Source of the DNA: Guillardia theta CCMP2712
Taxonomy: Eukaryota > Protista > Cryptophyta
Assembly: GCF_000315625.1 (NCBI RefSeq)
Contig: NW_005434483.1
Span: 42,569 to 92,934 of the forward strand
Length of the DNA: 50,366 bases
Reading direction: 5' to 3'
Shown here: positions 1 to 13,364 of the stretch, piece by piece
Numbering within the stretch: the stretch's first letter is position 1
Layout: each line of letters opens with the position of its first letter
Position numbers and translations under genes: made by a program
The notes under the pieces: generated by a model
Databases searched by the model: none
What the model saw: only the letters and a program-made list of their open reading frames with translations
What the model was told of the DNA's origin: nothing

Positions 1-588
1 CTTCGTTTCCGTTCCTGATGAGTCTCCACAGATCTTAAGGGCAGCGAGCCAGTGCGGGCTGGTGAAGAGGAAGGGAGCGAGTGCTGCTGAAGAAAAGATG
101 ACGAGCAGGTACGAGAAGATTCCCGCTTACCTGCTGTATGGTGACCCTCCTCCTCCTCCTCCTCCTCCCCCTCCCCCTCCTTCTCTCCCTCTCCTCCTTT
201 CCTCTCCCTACTCCTCAGATTCCACTGGAGGCAACCCTACAAAGTTCGGGCGTCAAGCATGGAGATATGCTGTCAATCGTGTCAGGATGATCAACTACTC
301 TTCCTCCCTCCGTCTGCGATCTTCCACCTTCGAACACCTCCTCCTCCTCCTCCTCCTCCTCCTCCTCCTGACCATCATCGTCGCCTTGAAGCGATCCAAC
401 ATCATTCTCAAACATCCAGCCTGCAAGAATCTCGACATTTCTCGATCCCGTCGCCTGCCATGGCTGTGAGAGGCGCCTGGGACAGCACATGAACGGGCCT
501 GCATGGCGAACATGACTTGCTCCTTGGTGAATCCCAGGTCCTTCATGGCAGTGAAGATGCTTTCATCGTCTTGTGGGTTGTGCTCCAT
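1..588 (-). CDS. UBA-domain protein, N-terminal part (3' end probably runs off the window)
   Basis: Removing a 44-nt GC-AG intron (498-455) gives MEHNPQDDESIFTAMKDLGFTKEQVMFAMQ/ATGSRNVEILAGWMFEN, a typical UBA pattern, followed by a poly-Glu tract. Downstream exons were not resolved. Confidence 0.7.
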
Positions 589-907
589 GGCAGATCCTGC
601 GGGTGCAGTGAGAGATCAGAGCTCAACATGTCACAGCAGGAGCCATGCATGACTCTCCACTGCCTCCAACCTCCTCTCTCCTCCTCTCAACTTTCTTTCA
701 TCCTCTCCCTCCTCCCTTTTCTCTTCTCTCACCTTTCTCCTCGCTCCTCTCTCCTCCTCGTCCTTTCACTTCTTTCATGTCATCCTCATTCTCTCCCTCC
801 CTCTCTCCTTCCCTCTCTCCCTCCCTCCTCTCCCTCCCTCTCTCCTTCCCTCTCCTCCTGCTCCCTCGCTCTCCTGCTCTCCTAGCTCGCCATCACTGTC
901 GATATCA

Positions 908-2482
908 TGCTAGCAGACTCTCTGAGGCAGGCTTCCTCTCTCTCGGTAACTTTCTCCCCGTCCCTTTCTGTACGAGCCGGACCGACCGGCCATGGCGATC
1001 GCACTTGAAGAGCAAGTGCCAGCGCCTTGAGGAGGTGGAGGAGGAGAGTTGAGACTGTTACCTTGTCATCTTGCTGTGTGATCTTGTAACAAGCTCGTCG
1101 CGGTCTCACCAGTCACCATGACCGAGCTTCTCTTTCCCATCTTCAACGAGTACATGTCCACAACAAACGCTGCCGCAACCGCCAGCGGCGCAAGGATCCA
1201 GGCGTTCGATCTATCCGTCACGCGCGAAGACGCGAGCATGCTTTCCCTTCCTCGCCCGCTCTCAGACGCGGTCAGGGGCGAGAGGCCCCGGGCAGAGGAG
1301 CCTCGCCCGCTGTCGTTTCCTCTCAGCGACAAAGGCAGGCAGGCTCGGAGGTCGGAGAACAACTTTGACGTCGGCGAGAAGGTCTCAGCAGCCCTCCAGG
1401 TGAGGCCCAGCTACCAGCGGAGAATCGGGACCTCCGGGCGTCAGATCTCTCGAGACTCGCCGAGCTTCAGGAGGTTCATGGAGTACAAGGCGGGTGCGAG
1501 CTACGTCAACGACATCCTTCCTAGAGCCGTCAGGGCAGAGGCGCGAGACATGGGGACGAGCACGGACCCAGAGGATGTGCTGCCGGAGCTCTCGGTGGAC
1601 TCAGCAGACACGAGCGACCGACACTCGGACGGCCTGGAAGTTCCAGAGGGGATGACGATGCAAGCAGTCGCCGAGATGCTGCTGGAGCAACGAGCTGAGA
1701 ACAGCTCAGGGGCTGCGGAAGTAAGCGCAGGAGATGCTGCCCTAGGTCTCTCCTCCTCGTGCACCAGCGTGTGACTGATAACGCTTGACAGAGGCCGAAG
1801 TTCCTCCCGAACGTCACCTCCGAGCGGTTCAGATCCTCATGACTTGCCTGCTGAAGTGGTCGGCTCAAGCTCGCGGTGATCTCCTCCTTTCTCTCTCTCT
1901 CTCTTCCTTTGTGCTGACGGCTCGTCAGCCGCGAGCCTGGTCTTCACTCTCGAAGTCTGGAAGGGGATACTCGCATCCAAGAGGAGGCGCGCGATGGTGG
2001 TACGGCGGAGACTACATCGAGCGCTGCTGACGGAGATTCTAAACGCCTGGCTGAGGCCCGTACACCAACGGATGATCCAGAAAATCAGGTTCCAAGAGCT
2101 CAGTCGCCGTGCCCACCTCCTCCAGACGGTCCGAGCCTTCAACGGATGGAAGATTGTTGCTTTCCGCCTGCAGTTTGCAAGGAATTTCGAGTCCAAGTAT
2201 CTTCACAAGCACCATGACCTAGTCTACACCTTCTTTCTCATGTGGTCTAAAGCTACCTTTGGAGCTGTCTACACCGCCAACCAACTCATGACTTCGGTAA
2301 GTACAAGACTCAACACCTCGTGCTGTTGCTGTGTGACCTTCTTGTAGTCAGAGACTGTTGCTGGCAAGGCGCTGCGGATGAAGATCAAGTTTCACTTCTT
2401 GACTCGCCTGGAGTTCTTTCGCTCTTGGTTGAAGCTTTCTAGGAAGAAGAAGCATTCTTTCCTTCAGTGCTTTTTCAAGTGA
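908..2482 (+). CDS. Multi-exon protein with C-terminal Sfi1-like (centrin-binding) repeats; start uncertain (908 or 1118)
   Basis: Spliced exons give recurring LLxxxF/LxxW motifs (ILMTCLLKW, LVFTLEVWK, LLTEILNAW, VRAFNGWK, LVYTFFLMW, LEFFRSW), several about 33 aa apart. Stop TGA at 2480-2482. Confidence 0.6.
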
Positions 2483-2565
2483 TGAAACTTAGACATAATG
2501 GATATTAACATGGAATCTTGTCAGAATACATCACGCCCCTACCATCGCTGTATGTTACATCCTCC

Positions 2566-3321
2566 TCAAACCATCACATGGCTACGAAAGTAAGACATCA
2601 TCAGAGGAAAAAACCAGACAAGCGCTGTCTGCTTCACTCTCGCGCCTGCATTCAGGTTGCAGCTATCCCCGCTGCAGCAGCCGAAGTTCATGCTCTGCAA
2701 GCGGCACGTTCAGGTTCCGAGCTCATGGCAGACTCTTTGCTTACGAGAGCGCTCGGGCATCTTTGTGGTGAGTAGGACAAGCCCAGGTAGCATGTCGGAC
2801 AGCAAAACTTGGGTCCTTGGCCATTGAGGTTGTACTGCCAGCATTCACTCGTTGCCCTCCACGGGTTGACCTCACCTTAGTCCAGAAGGCATCGTCAGTT
2901 GACCACGAGCAGTCGCAGACCCGCTGGACGTCGAACATGCCTCCATTGAACGACGTGTACTGCTGACACTGCGCTGCTGACGCGCAGCCATACCTGCAGA
3001 CGTCTACGGCACCTCAGCTACTGACAACAGAGCATCGTTACTAGCGCACCTATAACTATCAGAGACCCGTCCGTTGAGTTGGTGAACTCCATTCTCTCGC
3101 AGACAAACTGACACTGAGACTCCAGCGAGCTGTTGCAAGTCATGACAGGAACATCCGCTACTCGGCTGAAGGAATCGCCCGTGTAGCACTTCAACCCATC
3201 AACCCGCCCTGCCTGCCATCAGGAGCCATAAGGGAGGGATGCGAACAATCTCACCTGCTTGGAGGAGGAGGAGGAGGAGGAGGTAAGGAGAGCATAACGA
3301 GCAAGAAAAGTCGGGCGGCAT
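2566..3321 (-). CDS. Cys-rich Ly6/uPAR (three-finger)-like secreted protein, probably GPI-anchored; 5 exons
   Basis: Manual splicing gives a signal peptide (MPPDFSCSLCSPYLLLLLLLQAGRVDG), then LKCY...RYGC...CCSGDSCN, then a hydrophobic tail (GARVKQTALVWFFPLMMSYFRSHVMV*). Phases are consistent, with one GC-AG intron at 2940-2876. Confidence 0.7.
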
Positions 3322-3349
3322 CGACCCAACTTTCTTTCGCTATCCTTCC

Positions 3350-4074
3350 ATGAATACGGTTACCCTTTCATCCCCCTCATTCACTATCCAGGTCCCCCAC
3401 ATCCCCCCTCATTCCCTCTCCCTCTGTCTTCTCATCAATGCAGGCGCTTGCAGGGTACGCGACCAAGTTCGAGGTGGTGCGGGCAGGGGCGGGCCAGGTC
3501 GTCAAGAAGGGCTCGACCGTCACCGTCCATGCTACCGGCACGGTCAAGGAGTCGGGCTACAAGTTCTGGAGCACCAAGGACCCAGGACAGTCTCCGTTTG
3601 AGTATCAGGCGGGAGTCGGGGGGGTCATCACAGGATGGGACCAGGTGCGATCGGATGAGCCCGTATGGCGTATGCTGAAACTTAGAAAGTCGACTAGAGG
3701 ATGTCGTGAGAGTGGTAGAGGATGTCGTGAGGGTGGTAGAGGATGTCGTGAGGGTGGTAACAGGAGGCGCAGGATGGTGGGAGAAGATTAGAATATTTTG
3801 AGCAATCTCATTGTTGCGATGCACTCTTGCTGTGTGATATCGAAATGCTCGTTCCGCTGATTCTTCTCTCAGGGCTGCTTGGGCATGGCACTCGGCGAGA
3901 TTCGCCGCCTCGACATTCCCGCACACGAGGGGTATGGGGCGTCAGGTTTCCCAGGTGTGAGGCAGAGCAAGGGACAAGTTTGAGCTGCCAGGCTCTGACG
4001 ATGACGTGGCAGCCTGGAAGATTCCTCCGAACGGGAGCCTCATCTTCGAGATTGAGGTGCTCAAGATCAAGTGA
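3350..4074 (+). CDS. FKBP-type peptidyl-prolyl cis-trans isomerase (start 3350 via a micro-exon, or 3438)
   Basis: VTVHATG...FWSTKDPGQSPFEYQAGVGGVITGWDQ/GCLGMALGEIRRLDIPAHEGYG...IPPNGSLIFEIEVLKI: FKBP signature motifs across GT-AG introns. Confidence 0.92.
3695..3757 (+). repeat. 21-bp minisatellite x3 in an FKBP intron
   Basis: TAGAGGATGTCGTGAG(A/G)GTGG in three tandem copies. Confidence 0.9.
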
Positions 4075-4099
4075 GAGTGCGAGAAGGCTGCTGGAGGTG

Positions 4100-6781
4100 G
4101 GGGCGGCAAGTATCAGGTCCGATCGCGTCCTTGCGGTCAGTGGGGGAAGCACGTCCATGGGGACCTTGAGTTTGAACCTTTACTTCCTTGATTGACTGCT
4201 GTCGTTTATCTCAACACAACTCCATCTCTCCTTGCCCCACCTACACCCCAGGGCCGAAAGTGACGAGACCTGTTGGCACGCGTTAGAACAGAAGGGACTA
4301 GAGGAATGCGGAGGACTGACGCTTCCTCGGCTCGTGCGGGTTGCGGTTCCTGTCAGACAAGCGTCAGTACCTCCTCCCTGACTGTCTCCTCCTCCTCCTC
4401 CCCCTCCTCACTTGATGTGCTCCGCATGAGATCCGGACTTCTTGAGGAGCTGAAAGCCACGTCAACGCCGAAACCGGCAGAGCGCATGCGACCGAACCGA
4501 TTTGCGGGGCTTTTGGGGAGGAGGATGATGACCTGGCGTATGGCCGACGTGCCCATAGTACCAGCCTTCCGGCTCGTCTTCAGCACTTGAAGTTCGCGAC
4601 AGGGTCTCTGGTAGAATCATCCTAGCAAGAGATGAGGAAAAAGAAGTTCACAGGGGCAGCGCTTACAGCCCGTCGCTTTCCCGCCGCGGGCTCTGGAGGA
4701 GCAGTGAGATGATATTATGTCACAGTGAAGAAGGGGGGAGGAGGGGGGATGGAAAAGTCAAGGCAGAGGAAGGGGAAAGATGAGACTCACTCTCATGATC
4801 GATTCAGAGCTCGAACCCATGCCGGTTTGCCATCCCTGCTGTGACGTCAGAGACGAGCGAGCGCGGCAACAAGATAACTTACATTGGGTGATTGTTTGGA
4901 TGTCAGCAGACTATCCGTCGGTTCCTCGTCCTACCGAGCCATCGAGTGAGGATAATGTCCTTCACGGGAGTACAATGCTGACCGTTAACATCATGGGAGC
5001 GAGCTTGAGAGAATTCCAGAAGTTGGGGTCAAACACGCTTGTCTTCCCATCGAATTTGACTCTTTGCCGTGAAGCCAGCTTCTTGGCCCTGAGATTCGTT
5101 GTTACAATCCGCAGCATCAGGCCTCATCCTCCTCCCACTTTATTGTCCCTGCTACAGGGCAAGAGTCTTCGAAGTCTGCCATGATTTCCTGATGATGGCG
5201 AGTAAATACAAACTCATCATCAACCCCTCCCGCGCACTTTTCCGTTGGGAAACTTGAAGTTCCCTCTCCCAAAGATCAGCCCGTTCTTCCACTCCTGACA
5301 CAGTCGTTAGGATAAAATGCAAAAACGAGAAGCGAGATCTACCCCTTGATATTCTCCAAGGCTCGGTGAATACCAAAAGCCCTGCCCGTGATATTGTCCA
5401 TCTGAACCAGCTCGTGTCAGCTACCTGCCAGCAGACTAATTCAAATCATCTCACTCTTCCATTCCCCCTCATAACGAGTTCCGTCTTCTTTCTGTGCCCA
5501 AGGACAGTCAGTCCCCAGAAATAGAGAGTTTCGGCTGCAACAAGCCGACCTGTATCCGATGAAAACCATCCAGAATCCTGGAATCTCGGGAGTGGCACTC
5601 GCAAAAGAATCTCGGACTAGCTTTTTGGGGGGGAGGATGCAGAATGACAGGATTGACAGAAACTGGACAGAGATTCAACAACAAAGGTGTAGGGTAAAAC
5701 TGCAGCAGGACCTTTCAGGACGGTTTGCTTCAAAGGCGTGAGATTCTTGTCGAAGATCGTTCGCTTCCCATCGAAGGTCACCTGGTGGTTTCACGGGTGA
5801 ACATTCGCTCCAGATTCCAACCCGCGTCTGATTTCACCTTAGCTCTCAAGCCGTTGGCTTTCGTCAACAAGCCGGCGATGGGGCAGCCTCCTCTGAACTT
5901 CCCCTCAAACATCTGTCGGGCGAGCAGCGTGAGTAGGGAATGAGTTGGAACGAAACTTCAGCTGACATCTCCGTCGGGGAATATGAAGATCCCACTGCCT
6001 TGAAACAGTCCATCTGCAACTATGTGATTCTCTGCCTCCTTCATCAGCTATACCGTACCTCTCCACATCCCATCGTACGTCCCGCTGTCCTGGTGGGACC
6101 ATCTGCGCACTCTATCAATGCGCTGGCTGTGGAAGTTTGCTGCTCCTTCACCTTCCGTTCCCCTCCCACTTCCCCTGAACCCACTCCCCATTGTAAGAGG
6201 AACCGTCCTTGTTGTTGATTCTATGTGCTCCCTCCAGCTTCTCTGCTGAAATGCCATGACAGCTGCGGAGGAAGTTCATGGACGAGAGCAGGCGAAGGAA
6301 AACTCCTTACCAGCAGCAGTGTGCCCCAGATGTACCGCCCGACACGAAGTCTTCAGTGACGAAGTAGTCCACCGCTTCCTCATCTTGGTCATCATCCTCG
6401 TCGTCAGCTTCCTCTGAGATTCCAGCAAGCTTGGCTCTGGTTTTCAAACAAGAAGCAGTGTTAGTCTGCACTCTCACTCTGAGCGTCCCATTCCAATCTT
6501 GTGCTCACTTCTGCATGTCGTCCTCGTCTGAAGAGAGATCGTTCATAGCAGGAATCTGATTTGGCGCCAGCGAGGTGCTCTCCATCTTCAGCTGCGTCTG
6601 AGTCTGCATCAAGGATCCAAGATCCATCTTCTCTTCCTCCAACCCGTTTGACTTCTCTTTACCCGTTTCAAAATAGCTTCCTGACCCGATCCCATTCATC
6701 ATAGTGATTTGATTATCGTCACCACCTGCACTCCAAAGTCAATCCTGATCCTGAAAACGGATCCCTTGGTCGTTGACTCAT
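4100..6781 (-). CDS. Multi-exon MORN-repeat protein with an acidic N-terminus; both ends approximate
   Basis: Exon translations include DSGTYDGMW, DGLFQGSGIFIFPDGD, MFEGKFRGG, DGTRYEGEWK, GQYHGQGFWY and WKNGLIFGRGNFKFPNG, matching the MORN consensus. Confidence 0.7.
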
Positions 6782-7764
6782 ATGCTAGCGCAAATTCCCC
6801 TCCCCAACCCTTCCCTCTCCTTCCCGCTGGATCTGTTCTCTGTCAGTGCCTCCAATCTGCATCCGTATTCAAACCTCTCACGATCTCGCGCGCTTTACTT
6901 ATTGCCCTGTATCCCCGTCTCCCCACTATCACTGCCTTCTCCTGCCCTTTGATTCTTGTCTGTCCAGCACCGTGGCAAGTATCCTTGAACCCTCAGCCCT
7001 GGCTCTGACAAAATTATTACTAAGACTATGAGTGCACTGTCAAACTCTGACTCTGACTCTCTGACTGTCTGACCTGCACCTGACCTGATCGGACTTTTCT
7101 GCCCGTACATCCTCCCCATTCTTCCCCATCCTCGGCGCTTCCCCTCCATGGACTCCAGCGCGCCGCTCTCAGGCGGCAGTTTCGCTTACCCCAGGCATTC
7201 AATCGCGGCACTGACACAAGAAGCCAAGTCCCTGGCAAAAGTATTGGCGAGTCTATAATACCCCTACCCGTATCTTCTACTTTTATTGGTTGAGAAATTA
7301 CCCCGTACTTGAAGAGCAGCTGAAATTGAGTAGAGCCAACTACAAATGGAGCATGGATTGACAACTTGCAAGAAAACAAAAAGAAACATTATAAGCGAGA
7401 TATTATAAAATGTTTTGAACCATATGTATCTGAGATTTGTATACAAACCCTCTGGATAATAGTTGATATCTGTACCATGATTGATTAGTGACTAAATAAT
7501 CTATATGAAGATCATCTAGAAAGGGCACTGAATTAAAATGTACCAGAGTGGGCATATACAAGTCAGCTAAAATAAAAGGAACAATGGGGAGATTGTACGA
7601 AGATTGTAATTATTAGCTAAACAACACAAAACATAAAATTTTTGAATTCTAAATTTTGATTGTAATTATCAGTATGGTACACCAAAGGGTCTGCCAGGTA
7701 CCGGCGATGAGTGTAGGGTACTACTAGGCTAGTACCCGTAAACAACACTTCAATGATACCATTG

Positions 7765-8310
7765 TACTGGCCGGCGCTGGTACCATTGTACTGGCCGGCG
7801 CCGTATCCGGGTGCCGCCACTGCCGTACGGTCCGGCGCCGCCGCTCCGACGGAGACTGTCCGGGCCCCGGCGGCGGGCCCCCGAGCTCCGCTGAGGCCCG
7901 GCGCTCCGCGGGCGTGACTGACACCGGGTGCCGGGCCCGGGCCCCGGGCCGGGTGTCACTGCCGTCACAGGCTGGCCCGGGCCAGCCCGGCTGGTGCCAC
8001 CGTGTGCCACCCGGCCGGGCCGCCCCGGCCCGGCCGTGCCGCGCCGACGGTCCCGCCGAGGCTCCCGGAACTTGCATCGGACTCCTGAAGTTCAAGTTCG
8101 AGGTGACAGCCGCAACCGTCAGTTTGCTAAGCCTTCAACGACTACTAGGCTCAGTAGTACCCAGGGCCCCCGGTGACTCGCCCCACCCCGGGCCCAAGGG
8201 CCGCCCGCCGGGCCCGCCGCGGCCGCGACGGGCCGACGGTCCGATCCGCCGTGACTGAGTCCGGCCCGAATGGTGTCGGAGGCGGGCCCACTCCTTCGCC
8301 GGCGAACCGA
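7765..8310. other. GC-rich intergenic island 1
   Basis: Abrupt GC-rich block dense in CCGG, GGCC, GTGAC/GTCAC, CTGAG/CTCAG and GTAC, between AT-rich flanks. No credible ORF. Confidence 0.75.
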
Positions 8311-8976
8311 CGAACAAGTTGGCAGAGGTGAAGATCTTCTGGTACGTGGTGGTAGGCCCGTAGAAACTTCTACGACCCTTTTCTAAGCTTCCGTAGCAGA
8401 ACACAGTTTTAAATTGTACCGCATGTCCCATAGTATGATGATTTGTTGTTATTATTAGCTTTTATCAATATACTTGCTAGCCAAATATGACATTTATTTC
8501 ATAAATTATTGAACAATAGTTATACACTGTACAAATGTTTGATCGACGAATTGTGTTGTTTGTACTACAGATTTTCGATTGAGACTATACAATACTTTTA
8601 TTATAACATCGCGCTTATAGAGCGCCGCGATTCCTGGTAAGCAAGAGACGAGGATGTAGGGGGTGGGGTGGAGTGTTGGAAAGGATGGTCAAGAACAGGT
8701 GGGTGGTATTGAACTATCAGTGACAGTGGTGGGGTAGTAGACATTTACGAATGAGGAACATAGGTACGGTGGGGTAAGTCTCATATCGTACAACCATAAA
8801 ACTAAATTGGAAATAGTAGGGTAGGGTGATGTGACTTTTCTAGTGCCAGAATCTTGGGGTGGGTGCAGGGTTGAGGTGACGATTTAGGTAGGGTAGTTAT
8901 TTTGAGGTGGGGTAGGTCGGGGTGGGGTAGTAGAAGAAGACAGGTGGCCTTTGCTGCAGCAAACAGCGAACGAAAG

Positions 8977-9260
8977 GTAGCACATGCCACGATGCCGCGC
9001 AACTTGTTCTTCCGCTAGTCTTTGTTGATGCCCTGTATAATGCGCATGCGATATGTTCTTCTGAATGAGATGGATAAATTGACGATTGTCTTTCTGTTTG
9101 TTTCTTGTGATCGTTCATTCTCCTTTGGTTGCAACCTATGTCTTGTTTGTTTTGACTTGGTTTGTGCATGCTCGCAACAACATGTTTTGATGGTAGCCTT
9201 CCCTTATGATTTATCTTCAAACATTTTTTCTTTCAAATCAATTCACTGAGTTTTCTGTAG
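8977..9260 (+). other. Probable 5'-UTR intron of polyubiquitin, ending immediately before the ATG
   Basis: Candidate donor AAG|GTAGCA at 8977, T-rich body, acceptor TTTTCTGTAG|ATG. An intron in this position is common in polyubiquitin genes. The donor is inferred. Confidence 0.6.
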
Positions 9261-9950
<690 letters not shown>

Positions 9951-11079
9951 GTTGGTGTATCAGTAAAGTGTCCAATAAGAATTATTTCATAGCGTGATTC
10001 CACTGATTTCATTTGAGTTTGATCATCGCACGTACGGAAAAAATTGTTTGCATGATTATGTGGTACTTCGCAAAATTGGGAATATTGGACCGAACTGTTT
10101 GATGGCATTGGAATCTAAATGTTACATGTAGGACACTCTGAATGTGCTTTCGTGCTCACCAACTCGGACCCGTCGTCTTCCGCATTCCTTGTTATCTCTC
10201 TCTTCCTAATTAACTGTGAGCGTCTGGAGAGGCTGGAGCTACAGCCTATTCCAAACTGGCAACACCACTCCTGCTGTTGCTTGTTGCTTTCATTTCCCCT
10301 CTTCTCCCAGCCGGTCCTGCCTTGAGATGTCATTTTGATCAGAGGACGAGAGCAGAAGCTTCATGCCTGCCAGCCTCCCTGCCAAGGGTTCACGATGCCT
10401 TCCGTGCATCCAGCTCCTCCAACCCAAACTCTCATGCTCACATGTTCGTGCCTGTTCGCATCAGGTCTGCTGTGCATGTCACTATACTCGAATTCCTGCC
10501 CATGGTCCTTTTTACCCTCTCCTAATCCTGCCTTCCCATTTCCCCCACTTCCTTACCTTCCCCTTCCTCCTTTCCCTCCTCGTGCATCTTCCTCGCCTTG
10601 CACCACCTCTTGTGCTCCTACCGCACAGGTTCCTATCCACCTGCACCTCCTCCTCCTCCTCCTCCTCCTCCTCCTCCTTCCCCCCCCCCTGCTACTACCA
10701 CTCATCTACAAGATATGATCCTTCAACAACAAGGCTTGTTGTGCATTACCCCTACCCCCTTCTTGCATGCCACCTGAATCAAACACCCTGTTATTGACGC
10801 AGAATTAAAGTAGTAAGTAGGGGTACTTTTGTAACCCCTACCCCACCGAATCTATGTCGCAACATCGAATCCTGTTGCAGGAGGCCACCGGGGGTCATCA
10901 GAGGACCCACCTTGTACCCGATAACCCCACCCTCAATTACACCATGAAACAATCTCATAGTACCCCTACTATAAGGCTACATCATGACATCCCACCGGTT
11001 CATGAGGATACCCCACCCCCTCGGTAATTTCCCCCGACAAAGTCTAGCAAAAAAACAACCCAGCCCTTCCATTCCTTGC

Positions 11080-11184
<105 letters not shown>

Positions 11185-11517
11185 GCTTTTGATTGTCTCT
11201 AGTGTTCGTTGCCCATTTGATCAATCCCTTTCTCCCGAGTCCTACATACCAATTACTCTGCCCAACACGAAAGTATTGTCTCTCGTGAACTCTGTTGCGA
11301 ACTGCGAACTCGCAAGCAAACTAGTTGTGGCTACTGAACTTCAGACAAGCCTCTGTGCCGCTTCCTTCGATCTTGAATTTCTGCTGGTCATTTCCAATCA
11401 CACGCATATCAACCCGTTATCGATCTTGTCTTGTCCTTGCCAATTCAAAACAGAAAATTTGCTATGCGAAAATTCCATGGAGCCAGAGCTCTCAGCCTCA
11501 TCCATCGTTCTTGGCGA

Positions 11518-13364
11518 ATGAGGGCATCACGAACTTTCTCGCACTCACTGACAAGATCGCTGTCAACGCATGCTCCCTCTCCCTTCGATCCCTCGCCAGA
11601 GCATCGGCACCTGAGGGAGGTGGTCCGGGACTTTGCGGAAGCAGAGGTGGACCCTCAGGCTCAAGAGTTCAACAAGGAGGAGAAATTCAACCTGAAGCTC
11701 TTCCAACGCCTCGGCGAGCTGGGACTGCTAGGAGTGACAGTGCCGGAGGAGTATCATGGTTCCGGCATGGACGCGACGGCAGCATGCATCATCCACGAGG
11801 AGCTGGCGGCTGCGGACCCTGCCTTCACCCTGAGCTACCTAGCGCACTCCATCCTGTTCGCCAACAACCTGGCGAGGAACGGGAGCGAGGAGTTGAAGCA
11901 TGCGTACCTTCCTAAGGCGTGCTCTGGCGAGCTGGTGGGAGGGATGTGCATGTCAGAGGCAGAGGCTGGAACCGATGTGTTGGGTATGAGGACACGAGCG
12001 GAGCAGACAGGGCCGGAGGAGTTCAGCATCAGCGGGCATAAGATGTGGATTACCAATGGGACGTTGGATGGTTCGACTACAGGAGACGTCTTCCTCGTGT
12101 ACGCTTCGAGCAAGTCTCCAGAGGCCTCCTCCTCCTCGTCCTCCTCCAAGAGCTTTAGTCTCTTTCTCGTCGAAAAGGGAACGCGGGGCTTCACGCTCGG
12201 GCAGCAGATCAAGAACAAGTGAAGGAGGAAGGAGGAGGTACGGCCGGTGTCTGAGGCCTGTGGCAGGTGTGGGATGCGAGCTTCCATGACAGCTGAGCTT
12301 GTCTTCGATGACTGCAGGATACCAGCTAAGAATCTCGTTGGCAAGGAGGTAGCCATTGCCTTCCACCTCCCCTTCCCCTCCTCCTCTCTAGCGCTCCTCT
12401 CTTAGCCCAGGGCTGCAGGGCAATGCAGTCTACTGCATGATGAGAAATCTCGAGCTCGAGCGCCTGTGTCTTGCTGCGATGAGCTGCGGAATCGCCCGAC
12501 GGTCAGTAGACAGGAGGAGGAGGAAAGGGAGCAGGAGGAGGAGGAGGGATGAAGGGGATGGAGGAGAAGGAAGCAAGAATTCTGATTTGCTACCAGCTGC
12601 GTCGAGACGATGGCTCGATACGCCAGGGACAGGAAGGCATTTGGGAAGCCCATCGGCCAATTCGGACAGGTGACGCGCCTCATCCTCCCGATCCTAATAG
12701 ATCTCTCCTCCTGCTCCTGCTTGAACTTCATCTGCTTCTGCTCTTGCATCGTTCATTTATGTTGTCTTCTCTTCTTTCTCTTCCTCTCAACGTCGTCGCA
12801 GGTTCAGAGGCTGGTGGCTGATGGATACGCCAAGATGAGCGCGGGAAGAGCCTTCCTCTACTCGGTGGCACAAAAGCTCAAGCTGGATGCGGTCATCCTC
12901 TACTTCCTTCTCCTCCACCTCCTCCTTCTCCTCTCACCTGTCCTCAGACTCTCCTCCTCCCCTCTCACCTCCTCGTCCTCGACCATGGAGGGTCCGCGTG
13001 ACAAGTCGCTTCAGGATCCGAGCGAAACCAACGAGAGGATGCAGACAGACGCGGTGAGACAGAGGGGCTGAGGGACTGGCTGCTTCTTGACGCGCTGATG
13101 CCTCCTCCAGGTCAAACTCTTCTGCGGGGAAATGGCGAAAAGCGTGGCAGACTCAGCCATGCAGGTCAGGAGGAGGAGGGTGGAGGAGGAACGAGTGAGC
13201 GAGTGAAGCAGGTTCTAGGAGGGAACGGCTACCTGGCAGACTACCAGGTGGAGCAGCTCTGGAGGGACTCGAAGCTGCTGGAGATCGGAGGAGGGACGAA
13301 TGAGGCACACCAGAAAAACATCATGCTTGACTTCCTTCGCAAGCAAGTCATCGAGATTCCTTGA
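11518..13364 (+). CDS. IVD: Isovaleryl-CoA dehydrogenase, mitochondrial (multi-exon; alternative start 11464)
   Basis: Motifs MCMSEAEAGTD, KMWITNG, MMRNLELERL (catalytic Glu in the IVD position), RKAFGKPIGQF and LWRDSKLLEIGGGT. The N-terminus is Arg/Ser-rich, like a mitochondrial presequence. Confidence 0.88.

Noticed and set aside
3695-3757. Short direct repeats as a possible CRISPR array
   Set aside because: The repeats are head-to-tail with no spacers, lie inside a eukaryotic intron, and no cas genes are present.
7724-8431. Pro/Gly/Arg/Ala-rich ORFs over the GC islands (also 16815-17243, 19924-20279, 22418-23035)
   Set aside because: Stop-poor GC-rich DNA is open in many frames, with no domain or coherent codon pattern.
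10100-10800. Possible small gene between polyubiquitin and IVD
   Set aside because: No consistent exon chain or recognisable motif on either strand.
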